Shown: positions 12,400 to 20,769 of the stretch, piece after piece
Layout of the letters: each line of letters opens with the position of its first letter
How positions within the stretch are numbered: position 1 is the stretch's first letter
Assembly (NCBI RefSeq): GCF_023585745.1
Contig: NZ_CP097762.1
Coordinates: forward strand, 300,001 to 332,000
Reading direction: 5' to 3'
Length of the DNA stretch: 32,000 nt
From: Candidatus Saccharimonadota bacterium
Lineage (GTDB): Bacteria; Pseudomonadota; Gammaproteobacteria; Enterobacterales; Enterobacteriaceae
Position numbers and translations under genes: made by a program
Notes under the pieces: generated by a model
Told to the model about the DNA's origin: nothing
What the model saw: only the letters and a program-made list of their open reading frames with translations
Database searches by the model: none

Positions 12400-13869
12400 A
12401 TGAACTTAAATCTTGTTAGCGAACAATTATTAATCCCTAATGATCTCCAACACGATGACCTCGCATCGATATTAGATATGACTAAAAAATTACAGATAGA
12501 CTATTCTGATATTTACTTAAAATCGTCTGTACATGAAACATGGATTTTAGAAGATAATATTATTAAATCTGGATCCTATACTATAGATCAAGGCGCAGGG
12601 ATACGAATAATTATAGGAGACAAAACTGGATTTGCATATACTGATCAATTGAATTTAAATACATTAATGCAAAGTATGAAATACGCCGCTGATATTGCAC
12701 ATAAAAATCCTAAAAATGATAATATACAAAAATATAAATACATTTCTTCTAAAACACAAAAACTCACTAATAATACATATCACAATATAAATCCATTATC
12801 TAATATATCCACAGAAGAAAAAATTGAATTGTTAATGTGTATAAATAAAATCGCTAAAATTACTGATTCTAGAGTAAAAACAGTAAAAGCTCATTTATCT
12901 GGTTCTTATGAACAAATACTAATAGCAGCGACAGATGGAACATTAGCAGCTGATATACGACCGTTAATATATATTTCTATAATCATACAAGTAGAACATA
13001 ATGGTAAAATAGAACAAGGTGTAAGCGGAGGAGGCGGAAGATGTGGGTACACTTTCTTCTCTGAACCCTTTAAAAATGGTGACACAAGAATAGAATATTG
13101 GACTAAAAAAGCAGTACTCATGGGTTTAGTAAATTTAGAATCTATAGCAGCACCAGCCGGTACTATGACTGTAGTATTAGGATCTGGGTGGCCAGGGATA
13201 CTATTACATGAAGCAATAGGACACGGATTAGAAGGAGATTTTAATAGACGAGGCAGCTCCGCATTTTCAAAAAAAATTGGAAAACCAATAGCTTCTGAAT
13301 TATGTACAATAGTAGATGATGCAACAATACCAGGGGCTCGTGGATCATTATTTATTGATGATGAAGGAGTTCCTGGTCAATACAATATTTTAATAAAAAA
13401 CGGAATTTTAAAAAAATATATGCAAGATAAACTAAATGCAAAATTAATGGATACCCTGCCCACAGGTAATGGCAGGAGAGAAAATTATTCATCATTACCT
13501 ATGCCTAGAATGACTAATACCTATATGTTACCCGGAACATTAACCCCAGAAGAAATAATTGATAGCGTTATTTATGGAATTTATGCTAAAAACTTTAGTG
13601 GAGGACAAGTAGATATCACATCAGGAAAATTTGTTTTTTCTACTTCTGAAGCCTTTTTAATAGAAAAAGGTCGTATTACTAAATCCATAAAAGGAGCGAC
13701 ATTAATCGGTTCAGGCATTGAAATTATGCAGAATATTTCTATGATTGGAAATGATCTATCTTTAGATGCAGGTGTAGGAACATGCATAAAAAATGGTCAA
13801 AGCCTACCGGTAGGAGTAGGGCAGCCTACTATAAAACTAAATAAAATTGTTGTTGGAGGAACCAATTAA
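12400..13869 (+). CDS. tldD: metalloprotease TldD
   Basis: ATG 12400 gives [11 protein letters not shown]..., matching the E. coli TldD start ([11 protein letters not shown]...). It is preceded by AGGA at 12391-12394. The TTG at 12364 in the ORF track adds 12 unmatched residues. The HEAIGHGLE metal-binding motif is present. Confidence 0.93.
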   Translation: MNLNLVSEQLLIPNDLQHDDLASILDMTKKLQIDYSDIYLKSSVHETWILEDNIIKSGSYTIDQGAGIRIIIGDKTGFAYTDQLNLNTLMQSMKYAADIAHKNPKNDNIQKYKYISSKTQKLTNNTYHNINPLSNISTEEKIELLMCINKIAKITDSRVKTVKAHLSGSYEQILIAATDGTLAADIRPLIYISIIIQVEHNGKIEQGVSGGGGRCGYTFFSEPFKNGDTRIEYWTKKAVLMGLVNLESIAAPAGTMTVVLGSGWPGILLHEAIGHGLEGDFNRRGSSAFSKKIGKPIASELCTIVDDATIPGARGSLFIDDEGVPGQYNILIKNGILKKYMQDKLNAKLMDTLPTGNGRRENYSSLPMPRMTNTYMLPGTLTPEEIIDSVIYGIYAKNFSGGQVDITSGKFVFSTSEAFLIEKGRITKSIKGATLIGSGIEIMQNISMIGNDLSLDAGVGTCIKNGQSLPVGVGQPTIKLNKIVVGGTN

Positions 13870-14182
13870 TTTATCAGAACCATATACAAAATTGAAAAAA
13901 TTTTTATATTTAAATGTTATATAATTCATTTGTAATACTGACCTTCAATATAAATGTAAAAATTTTTAAAATTTTATTATCTACTAAAAATTGGTAATCA
14001 ATGCTTCTTACGTTAAGTATTATATAATCATTGCAACTCTGACTATATAATTAATAAAAATCAACATTTTTAATTAACTAAAATGTATACTTTGTCTAAT
14101 TTTAATATTTGTATTATCAGAATGATTATCTGAATTTTTAAATTGTATTTACAATTCACGATCTTTACTATAGGAGTAACAC

Positions 14183-15523
14183 ATGCATCATACACATGAT
14201 ATAACACAACAATGCAACTCTTTAAAAGAAACAGTAAACCATGCACTAAATATAGCGCACAAATATTCAAATACAGCAGAAATATCAATTACCAAAACTA
14301 TAGGTATTACTATAAGTACTAGATACGGTAACTTAGAAAACGTAGAATTTAATAATAATACCATATTAAAAGTTACCGTATTTTGCGGGCAAAAAAAAGG
14401 CAGTGCTTTCTCAAGCAATCTCCACGAAAAAACATTAACATACACAATTAAACATGCGATAGATATTGCCACTTATACTTCCTTAGATCCATATTCAGGA
14501 ATTGCTGATAAAGAATTATTATCGTTCAACGCTATGCATTTAGATTTATGTCATCCAATTAATTTAGACACTAAATTAGGAGCCAATTTAGCTGCTATTT
14601 CAGAACAAACAGCATTAAAATATGACAAACGTATTATTTATACTGAAGGGGGAAAATTTTCTAGTTCCCTTACCATTAAAGCATTTGGCAACAGCCATGG
14701 TATGCTACAAAGTTACACAAGTACTCAACATTATCTATGTTGTAGTATAATAGCTGAAAGTAACGGTATTATGGAACAAAATTATGCTTATACATTAAGT
14801 CGATCCTTAAATGATTTACGTTCACCTGAATGGGTTGGAACAGAATGCGCTAAAAGAACACTAGCTCAATTGCACTCTAAAAAATTAAAAACTATGGAAT
14901 CTCCAATATTATTTTCTGCAGATATGGCTACAAGTCTATTCCAACACTTAGCAACAGCTATTCATGGAGATAACGTATATCGTAAAACCACATTTTTATT
15001 AAATTCATTAAAAACACAAATCTTTCCTAATTGGATATCAATTGAAGAATACCCACATATATTAAAAGGGTGGGGATCCGCGCCATTTGATAATGAAGGA
15101 GTACAAACAAAAAATCGTACTATTATAAAACATGGTATATTAAATACTTGGTTGTTAAATAGTTATTCTGCCCGTAAAATAGGATTAAAAAGCACTGGCC
15201 ATGCTAATAACATCTATAATTGGCATATTAGTTATAAAAATTATAATTTTTCAGAATTAGTAAAGCTTATGAACCGTGGATTAATTGTTACTAATATAAT
15301 GGGTCAAGGTGTTAATATAATAACTGGCGATTATTCAAAAGGTGTATCAGGTTTTTGGGTAGAAAATGGAAATATCCAATATCCAGTACACGAAATTACT
15401 ATAGCTGGTAATTTAAGAAAAATGTTTTATAATATTGATTCCATTGGATGTGATATTGAAACACGTGGAAATATCATATGCGGATCCGTACTTATATCAT
15501 CCATGATGATAGCAGGTATCTAA
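14183..15523 (+). CDS. pmbA: metalloprotease partner PmbA (TldE)
   Basis: 446 aa with AGGAG at 14172-14176, 6 nt before the ATG. TGITISTRYGNLENVEFN, FGNSHGMLQSY, GDYSKGVSGFWVENGNIQYPVHEITIAGNL match E. coli PmbA. Confidence 0.93.
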   Translation: MHHTHDITQQCNSLKETVNHALNIAHKYSNTAEISITKTIGITISTRYGNLENVEFNNNTILKVTVFCGQKKGSAFSSNLHEKTLTYTIKHAIDIATYTSLDPYSGIADKELLSFNAMHLDLCHPINLDTKLGANLAAISEQTALKYDKRIIYTEGGKFSSSLTIKAFGNSHGMLQSYTSTQHYLCCSIIAESNGIMEQNYAYTLSRSLNDLRSPEWVGTECAKRTLAQLHSKKLKTMESPILFSADMATSLFQHLATAIHGDNVYRKTTFLLNSLKTQIFPNWISIEEYPHILKGWGSAPFDNEGVQTKNRTIIKHGILNTWLLNSYSARKIGLKSTGHANNIYNWHISYKNYNFSELVKLMNRGLIVTNIMGQGVNIITGDYSKGVSGFWVENGNIQYPVHEITIAGNLRKMFYNIDSIGCDIETRGNIICGSVLISSMMIAGI

Positions 15524-16360
15524 AAAGCAAAAAATTTTTTTTAATTAAAAAATCAAATTTTCCCATATTCATACTATGAATTGTTATATAAATAACAATC
15601 AAATTGGTCGCCCAACAAACACACACTTATGTGTAAGTCTATATCTATTCATACAGAAAATCAATTCTATACTAAATAATAGTAAAATTTTTTATAAAAA
15701 TAGAATACTAACATATATTATTATATGTATATCAATAACTAAAACTCATTGTGTATTTATACCTAAAATTACACCGATAAATTTATCAAAAAAAATACTA
15801 TCATTATTATCTTCAATTAATACATACATTTGCATATATTAAAACAGTTATTACCTTACATAATTCATGAGCTTAAGATAAACACTGCCTATATCTGTTA
15901 AAATATTTATCCCAGGTACATAACATATCAAAACACACAATCCAAATTGTGATAAATAAAGACCACTAAACATATATGATAACAAAATAAATTCATTAAA
16001 TAAATAAATTATAATTTTTCATTATATAAATAAATCATCTATATGTATCTAATGTTCTTATAAAGAAGAAATTAATTTTTTAATGTTATTATCTCGTTAT
16101 ATATTTATATATAATTGAATAATATTTTTATTAAAACTTAATTAATTTTACTTAAACAAAATTTAAAAATATATTTTACTAAAATAGAAATTTTAATAAT
16201 TTTAAAGTTCTAAACACACATATTTAATAAATCTAAAAATAATATTTATATTTCGTATTAAAAATTTTAAAATAACGAAAATATAACTATACTATAATAT
16301 AATTTATTTATTTTCCCAAATCAGTAAGAAACTATTTATTTCTCTTTTGTAACGAATATA

Positions 16361-16388
16361 TTGAATATAATTAATTCGTCCCCATATA
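16361..16388 (+). promoter_or_regulatory. sigma-32 (RpoH) type heat-shock promoter for lon: TTGAAT - 13 nt - CCCCATATA
   Basis: TTGAAT at 16361-16366 and CCCCATATA at 16380-16388, 81 nt upstream of the lon ATG. A CCCC run is conspicuous in a spacer that is otherwise almost pure A/T. This fits the sigma-32 consensus (CTTGAA / CCCCATNT). Confidence 0.6.
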
Positions 16389-16469
16389 TCCAATTATCTG
16401 ATTACGGAAAAGTCACATGAAAACATCCAGATTGTTGCAATCTAAAAACAAATCAAGAGAGATAATTCC

Positions 16470-18854
16470 ATGAATGTTGAACAACCCAAACGCATAGAAA
16501 TTCCTGTGTTACCTTTGCGTGACGTGGTGATATATCCCCATATGGTTATTCCATTATTCGTAGGTCGAGAAAAATCTATCAAATGTTTAGAATCTGCAAT
16601 GAATAACGATAAAAAAATTATGTTAGTAGCTCAAAAAGATGCTTCTACTGATGAACCAAGTATTAATGATTTATTTCTAGTAGGAACAGTGTCAACAATA
16701 TTACAAATGTTAAAACTTCCAGATGGAACAGTAAAGGTTTTAGTAGAAGGATTAAAAAGAGCCAAAATTATTGAAATTATAGATACCGGTAATCATTTCA
16801 CAGCAAATGCAACTAGCTCTTTCGAAACCAAAGAACTAAATGAACGTGAACAAAAAGTATTGATGCGGGCTGTTATTCATCAATTTGAAGGATATATTAA
16901 ATTAAATAAAAAAATACCTTTTGAAGTTTTAACATCTTTAAATAATATCAACAATGCGGATAGACTTGCCGATACTATAGCTGCTCACATGCCCCTAAAA
17001 TTAAATGATAAACAATCTATATTAGAAATGTCAGACGTTACAGAACGGCTAGAATATTTAATTGCCACAATAGATACAGAAATTGAATTATTACAAATAG
17101 AACGTCGCATTCGTAATCGCGTAAAAAAACAAATGGAAAAAAGTCAACGTGAATATTATTTAAATGAACAAATGAAAGCTATACAAAAAGAGCTGGGAGA
17201 GCTAGATGACATCATTGATGAGAATGAATCTTTAAAAAGAAAAATAGAAACGGCAAAAATGCCAAAAGAAGCTAAAAATAAAGTAGAATCAGAATGGCAA
17301 AAATTGAAGATGATGTCCCCAATGTCTGCTGAAGCCACTGTGGTACGTGGCTACATTGATTGGATACTATCAGTCCCTTGGCACGCAAGAAGTAAAATGA
17401 AAAAAAATTTACTAAAAGCGCAAGAAAGCCTAGACAAAGACCACTATGGGCTAGACCGAGTTAAAGATCGTATATTAGAATATCTAGCAGTACAAAACAG
17501 AATCAATAAAATGAAGGGACCAATATTATGTTTAGTAGGACCTCCTGGGGTTGGAAAAACCTCCCTAGGTCAATCTATAGCTAAAGCTACTGGTCGTAAG
17601 TATGTTCGTATGGCATTAGGTGGTATGCGTGATGAAGCGGAAATTAGAGGACATAGGAGAACTTATATTGGTTCCATGCCTGGAAAGCTTATACAAAAAA
17701 TTTCCAAAATTGGAGTAAAGAATCCACTATTTCTTTTAGATGAAATAGATAAAATATCTTTAGATATGCGCGGAGATCCTGCTGCTGCTTTATTGGAAGT
17801 ATTAGATCCTGAACAAAATACTACTTTCAATGATCATTATCTAGAAATAGATTACGACTTATCTGATGTTATGTTTGTTGCCACCTCCAATTCTATGGAT
17901 ATTCCAAGCCCATTACTCGACAGAATGGAAGTAATAAAACTGTCTGGATATACCGAAGATGAAAAATTAAATATAGCTAAAAAACATTTGCTTAATAAGC
18001 AAATAGAACGTAACGCTTTAAAACCTGGGGAATTAACAATTCAAGATGATGCATTGATTGGAATAATTAGAAATTACACACGCGAAGCTGGAGTGCGTAA
18101 TTTAGAACGTGAAATATCTAAATTATGTCGTAAAACAGTAAAAATATTACTAATGAATAAAAAAATTAAATGCATAACTATTGACAAAAATAACCTAAAA
18201 GATTTTTTAGGAATACAACGTTACGATTGCACTACATATGACCAAGAAAACAGAATCGGTCAGGTCATAGGATTAGCTTGGACTGAGGTAGGAGGCGATC
18301 TATTGACTATCGAAACTGCTTGTGTACCGGGAAAAGGCAAATTAACATACACTGGATCATTAGGTGAAGTTATGCAAGAATCCATACAAGCCGCTCTAAC
18401 CGTAGTAAGAGCCCGTGCAGATAAATTAGGTATAAACAATGATTTCTACGAAAAGAAAGATATTCATGTTCATGTTCCAGAAGGCGCAACACCAAAAGAT
18501 GGACCGAGCGCTGGTATAGCTATGTGTACTGCTTTAGTATCATGTTTAACCGGAAATTCTGTAAAAGCTAATATAGCAATGACAGGAGAAATAACGTTAA
18601 GAGGACAAATACTTCCTATAGGTGGACTAAAAGAAAAATTACTCGCAGCACATCGAGGAGGTATAAAAACAGTGCTAATACCGTATGAAAACAAAAGAGA
18701 TTTAGAAGACATACCAAAAATTGTAGTAAATAATTTAAATATATATCCAGTAAAACAAATAGACGAAGTCTTGAAATTAGCTTTACAAAAAAATGCTATT
18801 CCCACAAATTTTCCAATAAAATCCACACCTAAAAAAAACCAGCTAGTAGTATAA
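16470..18854 (+). CDS. lon: ATP-dependent Lon protease
   Basis: 794 aa. Walker A GPPGVGKTS and catalytic-serine motif PKDGPSAGIAM are present. It is collinear with E. coli Lon from IEIPVLPLRDVV to the C-terminus. Confidence 0.98.
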   Translation: MNVEQPKRIEIPVLPLRDVVIYPHMVIPLFVGREKSIKCLESAMNNDKKIMLVAQKDASTDEPSINDLFLVGTVSTILQMLKLPDGTVKVLVEGLKRAKIIEIIDTGNHFTANATSSFETKELNEREQKVLMRAVIHQFEGYIKLNKKIPFEVLTSLNNINNADRLADTIAAHMPLKLNDKQSILEMSDVTERLEYLIATIDTEIELLQIERRIRNRVKKQMEKSQREYYLNEQMKAIQKELGELDDIIDENESLKRKIETAKMPKEAKNKVESEWQKLKMMSPMSAEATVVRGYIDWILSVPWHARSKMKKNLLKAQESLDKDHYGLDRVKDRILEYLAVQNRINKMKGPILCLVGPPGVGKTSLGQSIAKATGRKYVRMALGGMRDEAEIRGHRRTYIGSMPGKLIQKISKIGVKNPLFLLDEIDKISLDMRGDPAAALLEVLDPEQNTTFNDHYLEIDYDLSDVMFVATSNSMDIPSPLLDRMEVIKLSGYTEDEKLNIAKKHLLNKQIERNALKPGELTIQDDALIGIIRNYTREAGVRNLEREISKLCRKTVKILLMNKKIKCITIDKNNLKDFLGIQRYDCTTYDQENRIGQVIGLAWTEVGGDLLTIETACVPGKGKLTYTGSLGEVMQESIQAALTVVRARADKLGINNDFYEKKDIHVHVPEGATPKDGPSAGIAMCTALVSCLTGNSVKANIAMTGEITLRGQILPIGGLKEKLLAAHRGGIKTVLIPYENKRDLEDIPKIVVNNLNIYPVKQIDEVLKLALQKNAIPTNFPIKSTPKKNQLVV

Positions 18855-19365
18855 TACTACGTTATCTATTTTTTATTAATAGAACTTATTCATATAAGTA
18901 TCATAATAATTATGCGATTAATCAAATATACTAAATAAAATAAAAATACCAACACACATTATTAAATAATACAAAAACATATACGTTGTAATAACATAAA
19001 AATATAAACAATAATAACCGTTATATTAATTTTCAAACTTATAAAATATCACCATATAATCAATAAAATTCATTTTTAATCCAATACTGTCACTCAGTAT
19101 AATTAATATAAAAAATTATTTTTTAAAAAAAATACGATTTCATATTAAAACATAAAAATTAGTGTAATCTTTTACAAAAGATAATTTTTATATATTACAC
19201 AAATATATAATTTATAAAATTATAAATTTTATAGATAACATTCAATTATATTAATAACATATAGCTATAGTAAAATATTTTAAAAAATATATTACAAACT
19301 TATATTAATAAGTTTTATTAACCGTATAAAACACAAATTTACTCAATAATAAAATATTATTTTTA

Positions 19366-19394
19366 TTGAAATTTTAAAAAAATATATATAAAAT
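19366..19394 (+). promoter_or_regulatory. candidate sigma-70 promoter for ffs: TTGAAA - 17 nt - TAAAAT
   Basis: TTGAAA at 19366-19371, a 17-nt spacer, and TAAAAT at 19389-19394, ending 7 nt before the predicted 5' end of the 4.5S RNA. Such hexamers occur by chance in AT-rich DNA, so confidence is moderate. Confidence 0.4.
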
Positions 19395-19401
19395 CCAAGC
19401 T

Positions 19402-19507
19402 TGGGATGTTATGTAATTTAATAATAATAATATTTGTAAACCCGGTCAGGTCTGAAAAGAAGCAGCCGTATCAAAGAATTGTTTTAAACATTTTACTTAA
19501 CATCCCA
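19402..19507 (+). ncRNA. ffs: 4.5S RNA (SRP RNA)
   Basis: The core CCCGGTCAGGTCTGAAAAGAAGCAGCC (19441-19467) matches the conserved SRP domain IV of E. coli 4.5S RNA (CCAGGUCAGGUCCGGAAGGAAGCAGCC). The terminal helix TGGGATGTT (19402-19410) pairs with AACATCCCA (19499-19507). A T-rich tail follows. Confidence 0.85.
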
Positions 19508-20188
19508 GATTTATTTTGTAAAAATCACTATCCATTTATACTATATACATAAAATATTTTATATAAAAATTTCTATATAAATAAAAACTAATAAGATTTT
19601 AATAAAAATTACAACATATGCATACCAAAAAATATATGTTTATAACGTGTATACGTTAACTACATTAAAATGTATAATTTATAAGGTATAATATATATTT
19701 AGTGAATACCATATATGAATATATAAATTAAAAAATCTTTATTAAATCCAAAAAAAATATTTTTATTAAAATATAAATATTTTATTTTATTTAAATTAAT
19801 TACTTTGCATATCATTAATGATAATTAATTTTATTTGAAATATTAAATAAAAATTATTTTTAATATAGATAATTTATTAATTCTACATCAAAACACAAAA
19901 TATTTACTGAAATTTTCATTTATTCAAAAAATCTACATTTATATTAAAAATATAATTAAATCTTAAAATCTATAAAATTAATACAATAAAATATATTTAA
20001 CATATAATATATTCCAAAACGGAAAATAAAAAATTAATAAAATAATAAAATTTAAAAATATAAAATATTCAAAGTTGTTTTTTTAAATAAAAATAATATT
20101 TACTAACCATACAATAATTTTATTTATTTTTAATAATATAATTTCTATATGTATATTAATTACATTATTATTTTACTTTAGGCTAAAT

Positions 20189-20743
20189 ATGATAAGCGTT
20201 GTGAATCAACAATTAGCATTAATTAAAAAAAATATAAAATTTGTACCTAATTATCCTAAAAAAGGCATTTTATTTAGAGATATAACTACTTTATTAAAAA
20301 ATCCAAAAGCTTACTCTGCTAGTATTACACTTTTAGCTCATCACTATAAAAATTATAAATTAAATAAAATTGTCGGAATAGAAGCTCGTGGTTTTCTGTT
20401 TAGCGCACCATTAGCATTAATATTAAAACTGGGGTTTATCCCAGCGCGTAAATCAGGTAAATTACCGCGTAACACTGTTAGTGAACCATATATTTTAGAA
20501 TATGATAGCGGACGATTAGAAATACATACTGATTCAATTAAACCAGGAGACAAAATACTTATTATAGATGACTTATTAGCAACAGGTGGAACAATCGCAG
20601 CTGTAGTCAAATTAATAAGACGTTTAGGGGGAGAAGTCAATCATGCTGGTTTTCTAATAGATTTAAAAAATTTAGGAGGAAAATCATTCTTAAAAACCAT
20701 AGGAATTAATTCTTATAGCCTAGTGATGTTTTCCGATAATTAA
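20189..20743 (+). CDS. apt: adenine phosphoribosyltransferase
   Basis: 184 aa. [15 protein letters not shown] and the PRPP-binding motif [13 protein letters not shown] are present, and LIRRLGGEV matches E. coli Apt. It sits directly upstream of dnaX, as in E. coli. Confidence 0.96.
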   Translation: MISVVNQQLALIKKNIKFVPNYPKKGILFRDITTLLKNPKAYSASITLLAHHYKNYKLNKIVGIEARGFLFSAPLALILKLGFIPARKSGKLPRNTVSEPYILEYDSGRLEIHTDSIKPGDKILIIDDLLATGGTIAAVVKLIRRLGGEVNHAGFLIDLKNLGGKSFLKTIGINSYSLVMFSDN

Positions 20744-20769
20744 AAATTAAATAATTTGAGTATTATTCT

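Noticed and set aside
14070-14288. 72-aa minus-strand ORF spanning the tldD-pmbA spacer and the pmbA start
   Set aside because: It overlaps the well-supported pmbA start and RBS on the other strand. It is hydrophobic and low-complexity, with no independent support.
15533-15560. A/T palindrome (aaaaaattttttttaattaaaaaa) after pmbA as a terminator; also small 5-9 bp AT hairpins after mreB (10611-10628), mreD (12023-12037), lon (18881-18896) and in the aroQ/mreB spacer (9072-9092)
   Set aside because: These are homopolymeric or very short stems with tiny loops and no clear downstream T tract. They cannot be distinguished from background palindromes in AT-rich DNA.
15576-15842. 88-aa ORF in the pmbA-lon spacer
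   Set aside because: It has a low-complexity I/N/K/L/Y-rich translation, no Shine-Dalgarno sequence and no similarity I recognise. An open frame of this length can occur by chance. At most it is a decayed remnant.
19508-20188. Extremely AT-rich 681-bp block considered as a replication origin or as a CRISPR/tandem-repeat array
   Set aside because: There are no DnaA-box-like 9-mers (TTATCCACA or close variants) and no GATC clusters. There are no regularly spaced direct repeats, only low-complexity A/T runs and short palindromes. The flanking genes (ffs, apt) are not the usual origin neighbours.
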